DNA of 63,974 bases, filler included, from Squatina squatina (lineage: Eukaryota), in NCBI GenBank assembly GCA_031763465.1. It is 4 parts of 4 records of this genome, joined end to end, with 100 filler letters (N's around TTAATTAATTAA, not from the genome) between each part and the next. Parts side by side here need not be neighbours in the genome. Positions count along the whole stretch, not along the records: positions 35,914 to 51,753 come from JARFOE010000016.1; 3 more parts are not named here. The stretch is one strand, 5' to 3'. The position numbers were made by a program, and so were the translations under genes. Positions 37,198 through 50,845 of the stretch are shown here, in pieces. The notes under the pieces are model-generated. The model was not told the DNA's origin. It saw only the letters and a program-made list of their open reading frames with translations, and made no database searches. Numbering within the stretch: the stretch's first letter is position 1; the number at the start of each line of letters is the position of its first letter.

Positions 37198-38369
37198 CTG
37201 TTTAGCATGGCTGGGTTTCATTAAACAATATCTCCGTGTGATTCTAGACATCAAGGACCAATGTAATGGAATCTTAACAATAGGATGATAGTCCGGTGAC
37301 TATGCAGTAACACCCAATGTAAACACAGACTGTTGTCTCAGGGCACAACTTTCAACATTTGCCTACAAACATATATCATTGAATTGACTATAGTCTGGAA
37401 ATGCACTATAGCATGCCATAGAATCCATATATCTGGTGCTATCATCCAGTATTATGTACCATATCTACAAATTGTGCTTAGCTCAAACTCTTACTGCATG
37501 GTATAAGAATTCTGAACAACAGCTGTAAAAGTTTAAAATGAGTCTGATCGTTTGGTTTTATTTTACCATAATGTAGCTTTAGGCTGTCCCCATGGTGCAA
37601 GTTTTCTGCAGTCTGTTGAACTTCCTGTCAGTCCTGTGCATCCTTTTTAGAATTTTGCCATGAGAGACACTAGCCACAACATCTGTGTATCTAACTTCAA
37701 AGTGCTTGAACAGTTTATCCTATTTCAAACAAACATATTGATATGAAATCCTGGACAAAAGAGACAGCAGTCTTATGTTTCTTACGAGATCACGCCAGGA
37801 ACACTGATTTCTTTGGATTTCCAAATCATGTGNNNNNNNNNNNNNNNNNNNNNNNNNNNNNNNNNNNNNNNNNNNNNNNNNNNNNNNNNNNNNNNNNNNN
37901 NNNNNNNNNNNNNNNNNNNNNNNNNNNNNNNNCCACTTTACTTGAGAGTAGGCTTTTAAATGTAAACTTCTCAAATTGGACATCTTTCTCAATATCATGT
38001 GATGTTAATGTCATATTAATGTCACATGATCATCTTCATATGTCCTCCATAAACATTGTATGTTGTTAAATTGAAATTGTTTGTAAATATTTTTCTACCA
38101 CCCGCATCTAATACAATATACAACCCTGAGGCAGCTGTAATGTTTTAATGCAAAATATGACAGTAAAGTAAATGAGATAATTAATTTCATAACCAGAAAT
38201 ATTTTGTGGTTGGCTAACTTTATACAGCATTATCACATGATTCCCTTTGTATATATTTAGAAACCACAGTACTCTCAGGCAGTCATCCATCTTTTATCTG
38301 GCTTGTTTCAGTGCAATAACAATTTTATTTTCCTACTTTCCTCTCCTTTTCGTCCCTTAGCCTCTTTAA

Positions 38370-38665
38370 AACAGTGATTCATGCTGGGGTGTAGTTCCAT
38401 TGGTGCCACCATCCCTCTGCCACCTTGGCCAAGAGGTCATTGCATATGCACCTATACATTTTACTGGAAGGACGGCTGGAAAATGATGAGGAGTTCGAAT
38501 CATGCCCAGTTTTTCCCTTCCCTCGTCCAGAGCTGTTGAGACTGATTGTAACGCCCTGGTTAAAATCAGCTAAATGAATGTGAACTGGAGACTATTCCTA
38601 TGGCCTTCCTATTTGATAGGCTCAGTTTCACATCAAGTGGTGCATTTAGCCACTGACCCATCCAG
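38370..38665 (-). mobile_element. Old SINE-like family copy
   Basis: Reverse complement shares actgagcc...aggaagg...ttagctgat...ggaac blocks with 42495-42870 and 62885-62990. Confidence 0.5.
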
Positions 38666-39685
38666 GGAACCCCTGCCAATTAATTTTAAACAATGGCAAC
38701 TTGCCTGCCTTGACCCTGTTATTCTCATTATCCTAATGAAAGAGCAGAGTGGATCAAGATAATAAATTACTGTCCCAAGTTCATGAAACCCTTATCCAAC
38801 CAGTGTTATATGTTAATAGCAATCCTTCATACTCACCAAAAATGCATGGTCTTTTTTTTAAGCAGTGAGTCAGTATTACTGCTTTCCTTTCCCTACTGCC
38901 TTTTTTCAAAGCTTTCAATCATGCCGTGTTTTATTAATCTTGTAGTGTTTCATTTCCCTTCCAGCTTCATAGCTTTTTATATAGGATTTTCTTGCTTGGT
39001 ATTTCTATCATCTCATCATGCCTGGTGTTCTGGCAGCTTTCTGCTGTGCTCTCTCTCTGTTCTTTCGGCAACACGTCTCTTGACAGTTAAATTTTCCCTT
39101 ATTCACCGTACCTGAAAACCCTTCTTCATTTTGACATTCAGTTCAAGAGAACCTGGTACAAATGACTTGTTAAGTTTTTACCTGTCTCCAAATTATTAGA
39201 CTAATTTTCTTGACTACATCTGCCCATGCAACAATCTTTGCATGCTTTTGGTCTTGTATGCTGTCCTAATACAACTCTTGTCTTCTAGCCATTGTACAGG
39301 CTAATCTCAGTGTAAGATGTTAATGGTATTTTTATCTTTTGTTTATTTTTATTGTTTCCTACTGAATCTCCTCCAGCCTAATTAATTCCTGCTTCAAGTT
39401 GGCTTCCTTGTAGACAGGCAGGATAATCTGATCTATATACATATTGCCTGACAGGACTCACATATTCTGGGTCAGCATTGAATTCCTGCTGTTCTCCCTT
39501 CNNNNNNNNNNNNNNNNNNNNNNNNNNNNNNNNNNNNNNNNNNNNNNNNNNNNNNNNNNNNNNNNNNNNNNNNNNNNNNNNNNNNNNNNNNNNNNNNNNN
39601 NNNNNNNNNNNNNNNNNNNNNNNNNNNNNNNNNNNNNNNNNNNNNNNNNNNNNNNNNNNNNNNNNNNNNNNNNNNNNNNNNNNNN

Positions 39686-40755
39686 NCTCGCTTGTTGGAG
39701 ATGGTCATTGCCTGGCACTTGTGCGGTGCAAATGAGCAGAGCTTGGAGAGGATTGCGCTGCCCGAAATGGACTCTCCACAGCTGACCCCGCCACCAATGT
39801 CTGCTCGTGCTCATTTGTGAGAGGTGAATTATCAGGTGAAAACACAAATAACCCTCTAACTGGACCCAGTGGAGTGCGAGTATTTGCGCTGGTGCATGGC
39901 TGTACGTCCTGTGACGGTGCACCCACAGAAGGAATGAGGTCCTCTGAGGAACCACATGGACGTCCTGCGACACTTGCTGTGTACGTGAAGGCTGTGGAAG
40001 ACAAAAGCGAGGGATATGATTTAGTCGTGGCAAAGTCACAATCTTGACAATCACTGTACTCAGTCTCCTCATAGTTCAGTCATTGATGAAAGGAAGTAAG
40101 CATATCTGTGTCATAGGTATTTATAATTCTGTCACCAGCTATCTGCATGCTCCCTGTCTCTCCATCTCTGATTGAGAGGGGCGCAGATGTCCTATTTATC
40201 TCCAGGGCGTCCTCCTCTGTGAGCTGGACTATTTGTGGTGGTCCACCTCCAGTCCTGTCACTCTCCCTTTCATTTTGCACTCTCTTCTCCAACAAAGGGC
40301 GAGAAACAGACCTGTGAGTGAGTGAAGGTGAGGTGTTCCCTCGATGGATGCAGTGCATTCGGTGAGGTGGATGATTAGACAAATACCTCACATTGCAGAA
40401 GGATTGGGGTGAGTGGCAATAGTGGGTGGAAAAATGGGGAGGTGATGAAGTCCACAGAAAGTGAAGGTTGGCTTCTGCTGAAAGTTGAATGGGTGTGAGC
40501 AGTGATGTCATGGAGATGCTTAGCATGACAGAGTGAAAGAGGAGGGCTTAAACCATAGGATGTAGGTGAATCAGCAAATGTACTCGCTTTTCCTGACCTC
40601 GTTAGGTCATTAAATCATTTCCAGCACTGAATCCAGTGCTCCTGCTGCTCACCTCCTCAGCTACCTCCAAGCATGCCTTCTTGATGAGAACAGCAGGTCT
40701 CTTCCTCCCACTGCTGGGGAAAAGTAAGTCCCTCCTCCTCCTGACTGTACCTAGC
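39686..40755 (-). mobile_element. PIF/Harbinger transposon remnant encoding a Myb/SANT-like (NAIF1/MSANTD-type) protein
   Basis: LGTVRRRRDLLFPSSGRKRP...KKACLEVAEEVSSRS, then EKRVQNERESDRTGGGPP, the pattern of Harbinger Myb-like proteins; disrupted, ends lost in gaps. Confidence 0.75.
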
Positions 40756-41754
40756 NNNNNNNNNNNNNNNNNNNNNNNNNNNNNNNNNNNNNNNNNNNNN
40801 NNNNNNNNNNNNNNNNNNNNNNNNNNNNNNNNNNNNNNNNNNNNNNNNNNNNNNNCATATGTTTCGATAATATAATTCAGTTCTACATGTTTTTGAAAAT
40901 AAGCCCTATGGGGCAGTGTAACCTTAGTAACATTATCTCTTGAGTGCTTACAGAAGGCTGCCACAAGGGATCAGTACTAATACTTTAATGATGTTTGCTT
41001 CGATAAAGAGAATGTTTTGCTCACCATGTGGGTGTTCCCTTTCAAAGGCTGTCACTGTACTTAAATGAATACCCAAGGATAAGACCTTACAGAGTATTTA
41101 CAGGAAAAAAATACCCACCCCCAATGTCTATGTTTTAATTGGAGACTGATTATTCCTAAGCAAAGTTTGATTGTGCCATGACATTTGTGACATTTCCCAG
41201 ACTGATGCTCAAACAGGACTTTTCATTACTCGACTATAACTCCCAGCTCCCCTGTCCCATTGTGGAACAGGGAGTAAAGTATTGGAGCTGTATGATGGAA
41301 TGCCAAATGTATGCGCTCAATCTTGAATGCATAGTGAGATGGCAGGCCCCTGAATTGGTAGACTAGCCACTCTGTGTTGAGTATTTTTTACTCATGATTA
41401 GGCCACCATTGAATATTATCCTGGAATATTCTTGCTGTATTATTTGAGGAAATTAAGCAAAACCTAATGATTGCATCAATTAGGGAGGTCTAAATTCCGC
41501 ATCGCTGTTCTTGTGTGAAATGGGTGGAATGAAGACAAATTTAGTAGCACGACAGCCCGTACCCGATTTGCACGGGCACCAGGACCATTTCTAACTTTGT
41601 CATGAGAGTTTTCCAGGCAGCCCTGATGGCTNNNNNNNNNNNNNNNNNNNNNNNNNNNNNNNNNNNNNNNNNNNNNNNNNNNNNNNNNNNNNNNNNNNNN
41701 NNNNNNNNNNNNNNNNNNNNNNNNNNNNNNNCCAGATTTCCACCACCCTTTAAG

Positions 41755-41880
41755 AACGTAAGAAATAGGAGCAGGAGTATTCCTATTCGCCCCTCGAGCC
41801 TGCTCCACCATTCAATAAGATCATGGCTGATCTCTTGCCTCGACTCCACTTTCCTGCCCTATCCCAATATCCCATGATTC
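41755..41880 (-). mobile_element. CR1-type LINE tail
   Basis: aagaaataggagcaggagta...ctcgagcctgctccaccattcaataagatcatggctgatc. Confidence 0.75.
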
Positions 41881-42494
41881 CCATTTATAGTCATATTACA
41901 CAAAAACTCTATTGTAAAATTACGAACTATAAAACAAATGCAGATTAAAACTCTTGTAGGCTCTGCTCACTTCAATCAGCTGAGGTATACTTGGTCACTG
42001 CATGACTGAACCTCCAGCAGTGCAAAATAGCCTACAGGTGTCAGCACCTCTGCTGTAGATGATAATTATAACGGTGCCAGTAAATCTTAAACCTCTATAT
42101 CCGGGTAAATGCCATAAAAGGATGATAATTTATTAGCACCGACTATTGAAAACAAGTTTTTGTTAATATTTTATGACAGTATATTTTGTGTGATTTATTT
42201 TGACAGCTTGTGCTGTATAAACAAAACAAGCCATCAGCTGTTAAAACTTAAAAAAACTTTCTATAATAGACTGCAGATTCAAAACAAAGTTAGGAAAAAA
42301 ATACAATTCATTGCAGTTTGTGCACGTCATAGAATAATCGAAACATTGTGACATTGATCAAATGAGAGAATAAAGACAAAAGACAGCAGCAATATTACCC
42401 AAGATAAGCAAGAAAATCAGTAAATTTTTTCAGATCCCTTTTGAAATGAATAGTTATAACGTATGTATATATAATGTATTTCTGTCGGACTGAC

Positions 42495-42870
42495 TGATGG
42501 CCTTATAGTGTGGTACAGAATTACAGCAACCAGGAAGATCCCAGGCTCAATTCCCGTTCTGTAAAGACCGAATCACTCTCAGCTGCAGCAACAGCTCTGC
42601 ACTGCAGTTGGCTGACTCGACAGCTCCAGTTTGATTTTGGAAAGCTGCCAGGGTTCCCATTGCTGTTCTAATGAGCACTTGCTCGAAAGTGCAGTCTATG
42701 GACAAGGTGGCAACTGAGCTATGAGGCCCCACTGCAGTTGAATAGGTTACTTTCTAACTAAGCTCATCCTTGAAGAATGGATCCAAGGTGATGTATAGGC
42801 AGTCTGTTGATAAGTGTTGAACTGCACGCCCATGGAAGTCACTGCCATCAAGTGTGGCGAGAATGAGGAC
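42495..42870 (+). mobile_element. Old SINE-like family copy
   Basis: accaggaagatcccaggctcaattccc head-like motif; blocks shared with 38370-38665. Confidence 0.5.
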
Positions 42871-43249
42871 TTTTTTTTTAAAAAGAACTTCCTGTTAGAA
42901 CAATACTTTTCCAGTATCAGGCTTGATTTACTAATGACTAACGGATTTCTGCATTTCCAGCAAATTCATTCTGTGTGACTATGTCATCAAGAATAAGTGT
43001 GGAAATCACTGTACAATAAGGTAAATGTGTACATATCCAAGGTACCAGCAATGTTACTATTTGGTCCAAAATATTAGTGGACAATACATTATACAACAAA
43101 AAAGCGCCTTTAACATAGCAAAACATTTCAAAGTACTTCACAGGCCTGTNNNNNNNNNNNNNNNNNNNNNNNNNNNNNNNNNNNNNNNNNNNNNNNNNNN
43201 NNNNNNNNNNNNNNNNNNNNNNNNNNNNNNNNNNNNNNNNNNNNNNNNN

Positions 43250-43346
43250 CTGACAAAAGGTCAACAACCTGAAACATTAACACTGTTTCTCTTTCCACAG
43301 ATGCTACCCGATCTTCTGAGTATTTCCACAATTTTCTGTTTTTATT
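43250..43346 (+). repeat. Short interspersed repeat, same family as 1215-1305
   Basis: tgacaaaaggtcaacaacctgaaacattaac...ccacagatgct...ttttctgtttttatt. Confidence 0.6.
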
Positions 43347-46300
43347 AACCCGATATTGATGTCAGGCGAGCTGCCAACAGCTCACACCAAATATGTTGTA
43401 AGGCCTAAGGACCAGTTTCCGTCGATCCTCAGGCCTCTCGTTTTGCGCACAGTTCTGAATTTGGGCCCAAATATGGGCCCAAACTAATTTCTAGACCGAG
43501 ATATCTCCGAGGCCCTGAATTCAAGTATAACACCTTTGAATGATGCAATCTATCACATGTCCACTATATATAATGTATCGAATTAAATTAATTTACAGTA
43601 GGAATTAAATATACTTTTGGCAGATAAGGAGCCATTCATAGGATAAGGAAGAGCTCCAACAGACTACAAAGAGCCCTTTAATTTAGTGGGACTCAGATGA
43701 AAAATCCTAACCAGCACAGACTAGTTAATTGTCACCACCTCGACTCTCTGTCTGCCTCCACTATCTATTCCACCAGTGTTACCTAGGCAACAATCAGTCC
43801 CACAAACATCAAGAAAACCACAGCACTAAAACAGATAAAACAATCATCTTGTTGAAAACAACATTCTTGTTTGGTTTTAAAAGAAGTTTGAGATCTTATT
43901 CTGTACCATTACATCCAGCTAGTAATTTGAAAGTACTGTGTGTTTCCACTTAAACGAAAGCTTCCCCAGAAGAAGACAGAAATGAAAATTTGAAAATGAA
44001 CACGTCAAGACCTGCACATAGACACTTCAACAGCTCTAGACCAGAATGGTGCTTGTGATGGAAATGTGGACAACTAATAGAGGAAAAAATGGAAATGGAT
44101 TTGAACAGAATGGTGCCGATACGAGTAACAATGGCAGGCAATATAAGTGATTCAGAGGCTAAATAAAGCAATGTAGAAAAAGATGTAAGTATTAACATGA
44201 AAGGGCTTGGATTTTCCTCTGGCTGGTAGGTGTTCGATGGTATCAGGTGAAATTTATTCTTGNNNNNNNNNNNNNNNNNNNNNNNNNNNNNNNNNNNNNN
44301 NNNNNNNNNNNNNNNNNNNNNNNNNNNNNNNNNNNNNNNNNNNNNNNNNNNNNNNNNNNNNNCATTGAGCTGTGCTCCAGAAAGGGCAGGACTCAATGCT
44401 GTATTTCTGGTAATACAAGCTCCAGACACTCTGAAGTAGATAAAAGAGTGGCTGGCTCCTATTGAAAAGTTAGCCATAGATAAAAGGAATTTTCTGGTTC
44501 CCTTTTAAAGTATGAGGAGTATTTTAATTTAATGTGGTTACAATATTTAGAAAGATATATAACTCTGGGATAAGACTATCATTGAGCCTTATCCTGAACT
44601 AATCATATTAGAAAGACAATGAGGCTTTAAAATTAACATTTATTTTAAATTCTTTTGTTCACTGTTAAGAGGCATTAACTTTTATTTCAAATAGGTCAAC
44701 ATCTCCATTAAAACAGCAGAGTGAAGAATTCAATATGTTAATCTTCACACACCCAAATTTCAAGGCTTCAATCATTCTGTGGAACTGCAGTTCTGCTTTG
44801 ATACCTTTAGTACTTGAATTAGTTTGATTTCTAAAAGAAAAGTGTAATGGCAAACAGCGTCTGAACAGTCACACAGCGATTGCATTATATACACATGGAG
44901 CGCATATGCCATTGAGTTTATGCCAGATATATAGAGCTGGACAGCAGAGTGATTTTAAAGCTGTATCATCCCCCAGACACACATTCGCTCACAGTCTTAA
45001 GTGCTCCTATAAGCATAGCTTCCCAGAGCAGGTTTAGACTCTTCAAAATGTCCAACACCACACATATTAAATCATAGGCTTAAATCCCCCGATAGGCCCC
45101 AGTTTACATCCTCAGCACCAACTTGCTTTTCCATATTGCACAGTTGGCTAAGGTTTTAGGCAGTGCTTATCTAACTGGAAAGTCCACATGTTGCATTTTG
45201 TGTGGAGAAGGCGCAGTCCAGTGAAGCTTTTGTAGTCTTCATAGACTTCAATCAAAACTAAGGGCGGCCAATTCAGGTTTTTAAAGTTTCTGGCGCNNNN
45301 NNNNNNNNNNNNNNNNNNNNNNNNNNNNNNNNNNNNNNNNNNNNNNNNNNNNNNNNNNNNNNNNNNNNNNNNNNNNNNNNNNNNNNNNNNNNNNNNACAA
45401 CCCTGAAAAGAATGGATGAGCCATAGATGGTAAAGGCTGCAGGGGCAGAATGTAATTCTTTCATGCAAGGACTGAAAATTCATTCCTCAAAATGTGTAAA
45501 AGTAGGGCAGTTACAGCTACATAGGCAGCAAAATTAAACAATGTGCAATTTTCAGATGCTTTGCACAAGTGCACATGAGTTTTGATCCAACACCAATCAG
45601 TGTAATCAGTAGACATATGCATAACACTGAACAGTGTCAATGGAATGCAGGTATTTGTAACACAATAATAATGTACAATGTTATATCATCAGAACATCAT
45701 TAGTTCATTTCAAATTGATATTTCACAGCAGTGTCTGAAAAGCCTTTATTGAATCTTGCTTGCAAACGTATCCCTTCATTATGACAGAACAAAAAAAATA
45801 CAATCGGCCCATTATGAATGAAAGCAAGGGAAAGTTAATTTGTGTTGCTAAAGCTGCGTGCAAAACCCATCTTGTCACAGAATGTAATTGGCTTAACCTC
45901 AGGGCAGGTTACTATCTGTTTTCTTAGTCAGAGGTGAGTGCTTGTTTGAAAAGCATCTTCAAGGAAAATGATACTTGAAAAACAGGGCAAAAAAATAAAA
46001 GAAAATACAGAATTTCTTCTGTCTCGTGTATTAACCTTTTTGGGCAAGCATTGCAACTTNNNNGGGCAAGCATTGCAACTTATGTAAAGAGACTAGAAAT
46101 GTTTGTGACATTCCTCATCATTTCCCTGTTGCTAACTAGATCATTGTGGTGCCTACCAGGTGCCTGATGGCTGCAAAGTGTGATGCAGTGACCTGAATGA
46201 CAAGTCTTCAGGATTTACTGAGGTCACTTAGTTTCTCCAAGGACACAACTCACTCAACTCTCAGTAATTTTCTTTTATTCTAAGCAGGAAAAGTGCCACA

Positions 46301-49300
46301 TTTTGGCTATAATTGCTGTTGTTGTTTCATCTACATTACTGGAATATTATGCATTCTTAAGAGATGGCAGAGAGGGGGAGGGAGAAGGGGACAGGGTTGA
46401 ATAATCCCACAAGGTTGGTGTTTTGAGATATTGTACATTTACTCCCAGGTTGGGCGCATTCGCTGCACTGACCTGCTCAATGGTAGGTACAGGGCCATTC
46501 TAATGAAAAAAGATTGAAAGAAATGAAGAGAAGGTAGATAGGTGGCGGTTGATCTATGAGAAAGAAAATGGGCTTATTTGGGCTTACTACCTTACCTGTT
46601 CCGAAAAACTCTTCTTTTATTCTCATGTCCTTGAGAGCTGGCTGGATTTAAAATGACAACTTAGGTAACAATTGCATATTTGTGCACCTAACCAAATGGT
46701 GCAGGGTTTTGTGACTCATTCTTCCCGTATGAATAACTGCCCCAGGTAATTATCATTGATACTACAGTTTATTCTTAGAATCCCAATGAATCATAATAAT
46801 TGCATTGCAGGACGAAGTGTAGGCACAAAGGTGGGAGGGGAACACTCAGAGTGGGNNNNNNNNNNNNNNNNNNNNNNNNNNNNNNNNNNNNNNNNNNNNN
46901 NNNNNNNNNNNNNNNNNNNNNNNNNNNNNNNNNNNNNNNNNNNNNNNNNNNNNNNAGGGAAAAGCTCATCTGCATGTCTAGAGTGTAATTATCAACTCTT
47001 GACAATATCTAACTGTTTAGTGAATTGCCAATTTAGAAAATTAGGGTTTGTTACAGTTTTCAAGCTGACAAGTGCTGACAGACAGGAATTGGGTTGGTAT
47101 TACCACCTGTTTAATAAAAAGTTGTGACAACAGCAGTTAAAGGAGACAGAACATCTCACTGAATTTCAAGCTGCCCTAACAAACACTGTCTGGAATGCCC
47201 TGATGTCATCATTGTATTCCCTTCAAACTAAAAAATGCTCTGCTTCATATTGAACTCAACAAGAAACACAATATGGGCCTATGTCAAACTGCACCTTGGG
47301 AAACCTAGACTCAGTGATGGCAGCAGAATACTCTGAATACAAATGGAATATTTTGCTTTCTGTACAGGTAAATGGACCTGAGGATACTACACCTTTAAAT
47401 CTTTATGCTTTCCTGGAGGGCGGGGGTAGTATCCTGACTAGTTGTGTATGATACCTTGTGCTGGAATATATCATAGTTCCTTCAGACAAGAGGAGCACTA
47501 AAGTTCCCATTACATGTACCACAACAGCATCACTCATGCTGGAGTCTTAAATCTTTGTAATTCAATGAAAAGAGGGTTAAGCAGGCAGTGAAATAATTGT
47601 TTTGGACATTGAGTAATCTGTCTCATTCTTCAAATGCATTAGAGCTTTCGGCATAGNNNNNNNNNNCAAGCGTTCTTCTTCAATTTTCAGTTTCCACATA
47701 CAAACAGGTGTATAAGAAATACTGAATCAAAAGACTAGGTGGATCTCTGGTAACCTTTTGCAACCACAACGCAAATAAAACTAAAATACCTATATAAAGC
47801 CATCTTTTCCATAACTTAAAGATTTAGAAAAAAAAAGCATCTTCTGCCCTTTCTTTTGATTGTTAGACTCAACACAAAGTCCATTTTTATTTGACAGAAT
47901 GCATTATCTTGGTTTGTGTGATATTCTTGAGGAGGAACATTGTCTAGATGGCATCATGGGAGAAGCTGACAGCTGCTCATCCTTTATGTAACTGCTTGGG
48001 AATTTCTTTCCAGATGTAGATAGCTTCCTCTGTCAGGCAGACTTTGTATAAGTTGTCTGAATGTGGAAGACCACTGAAGTCCACAGTGGGTTGAACAAAT
48101 AAGGTTTCCTTTTATTAGCAGAGACCATGTGTAGTAAATTGAATCTCATTAATGCATCATATTTTCCCAGATTGCTCTTGCGGTNNNNNNNNNNGGAAGC
48201 CAGTTAAACATGCTGAGCTAGTGGAATCTACCACATCTGAAATATCTCATTCCCAGAAACCGGGATTGCCAACTACAAAGCAAAGGGCTATTGCAGAATA
48301 CAAGCACGTTGTACATCAGCTATTTTCTTCTAGTGTACATAGCCTGCCACTTCACCACCTTCACCTTCCGAGAAATGGAACAGCTGAAAAATCAGATCAG
48401 TCCTTCATACAGTAGTCATTTATAGTGTTTCTCATGAATTAAAAATTGTAATCTAACTGAAAAAGTGTGACTAATTTGCTGGTGATTGATGTAGCATGAT
48501 ACTTCCTATGCCTCTAATTATATCAATCAGGCTGTGTTCCACAGAAATCTGCTTACATCATTACAGTGAGTGTGAGTGAGTGACCCAGAGAAAAATTTCT
48601 TCAATTCTTAAATAACTGTCCGATATTTCTGTTACATAAGTTAAAACCTATTTATGTTCGATTGATCCAATACAGTACTTTTATGTAAGCAAACTAATTA
48701 ATCCTAACAGTTAAGCTAATTGAATAATCTTGTGTGGCAGTGACTTATTGATGATAATGCAACTCAAATATTCAGGTTAATGATAGAATACAAATCTTGC
48801 TGTGTTTTGGGATTATGTTACATCTACTCTCACCACCTAAATGTACACTGAATAACATGACCCAAGTCAAAATACTAAAGTGGTAATTTGGTTAGAAAAC
48901 AATTAGTTGCCACAGCCTTAGTGTCGCCACGATAGTCTATTGGTCACCTATTAACTCAATATTTGCAACATTTTAGACTATCTAAGGATGGTACTACTTA
49001 AGCTTTGTTTGAAAGTTCACCTTGTGGGAAATACATAGTTACACAGTCTGTACTTAGTGCATTTCTTAATTTCAGCCTCCTCTATACAATGACTTCCATA
49101 TTAAAGTAGCAAACTAAGCATAATTGCATGAAAAACAATTATCTTTGATGTGGATCTACGTAGTAAAGTGCAAAGTCAGTAACTGATTCCCAGAATCTTT
49201 AGTGTAGTGGAATGAGTCACTGAATCATTGTGGTCTATTCCTCTAACAAAACCAGGAATAAGTAAATGCTACAGTATTTGTATTTGTCTAATTATTGTAA

Positions 49301-50845
49301 CTTTAGTAAACGCAGANNNNNNNNNNNNNNNNNNNNNNNNNNNNNNNNNNNNNNNNNNNNNNNNNNNNNNNNNNNNNNNNNNNNNNNNNNNNNNNNNNNN
49401 NNNNNNNNNNNNNNNNAGGTATTTTGGATTTGTAATTTTTATAGGGCAGGGCTCAAAATAGTCTAAATTCCATGATATCTGCAGTTGTACCAAGAAACCA
49501 AGTCCAGAATGAAGTCATAAATCTCAGCAATCAATAAAATAAATGAGCTGATAAGACCTTACAGTAATTTTATCTAGTCACAGAACAATTCATCTCTGCA
49601 GTGCAAAAAATGAAAATAACTGTGAATGAAAAAAATTATTAATGGCAATCAAATAAATCTGTAGAGATTTTGCCAGCTCTCTACATGGTATTTTCGCATC
49701 TTCCAGGGTCTCAGCCCTCACTAGTTAGTCAACAATGTAGTGATTTGAAAACTGACAGACAAGCCACTAAACAGTATTTTGGTAGCATCAGTGGTTTATC
49801 AGAGGCCACCTCAGAAAAGTGGCTATTGGAAGAACAGGCCTCCTGAAGAGAGAAAAAGGCATAATTTGACCTAATCCTCTCAGCATTTAGTTGACAATAA
49901 AGGACCTCAAATGGCGTATGAAGTAATCTGGTGCACAGCCAGTGTATGTGATAAATTCTAAAAAAGTGAGGCAATGTCAATGCCCTTTCCAATGTGTTGC
50001 GTTAAAGGGTGTAAAATGCGTAAGGAAATGGTACGTGGGTTTGACAATGAAGACCTGTGCTGTTACAATGTACTTTTCATGTTGCTTTTTAGGGATTCTG
50101 TATATCCTTACAAAAGCCTGCATGACTCCTATTATCTTACATCTTGCATGATAAGCTTAAGCATAGTAATAGTCTATCAGTCCTGAAAAATCTCAGACAC
50201 AGTGGTTTTCATATTGAAGGTTTCAAGCTGTTCCAGTTTAGAGAGACAATCTCATTACCCACACATCCTCTGCTAAATGAACTGTGTCAGAACAATGGTC
50301 AATGCTGGAATGATCAGAAGTGTACGGCTTGGTGTTGCTATGGCTCTATTGACCCCTTAGGCTCGATAGTTACAGGACCTGTAATACTTTCTGGCCACGC
50401 ATGGATAAACTGTTAAGACGGTTTTATCTGTGATGGACTACAAATTTCTGTCTCGGATGATTTATTAGTAGTCTTATAAGACTGTTATGGAAAATAGAGG
50501 TTCCAAATAACTGATCCTGAGGTTAGACAAATAATTAGCCAAGTGGAATATGGCGAGGAATTCTGTGTTATCAGTATTACTTGTGAAGGGCTTGGGCTGT
50601 ACCATCTGTAGGTTGATACTTGCCTCCTGGTTTGGTGTAATCTGTGAATTTGACAAGTTTGCATTCAGCTTCTTAATCCAAATTGCTGGAAATTTGGAAC
50701 AGTAGAAGTCCCAACAATTTTCTTGGCACCATTTTGAAAAGTGTAGATGAGCAGAAAGGCTCTGTCCAGATAAACAAATCCCAGCCAGTTAATAAATTGG
50801 TTAAAAAAAACATATGGGTTACTTGGGTTTACAAATAGAGACATG

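Noticed and set aside
46042-46081. Direct repeat gggcaagcattgcaactt on both sides of 4 N
   Set aside because: Most likely an unmerged contig overlap.
47980-48110. Minus-strand peptide ETLFVQPTVDFSGLPHSDNLYKVCL..., and an open stretch of about 100 codons at 50474-50790
   Set aside because: No recognisable homology and weak splice signals; within chance expectation.
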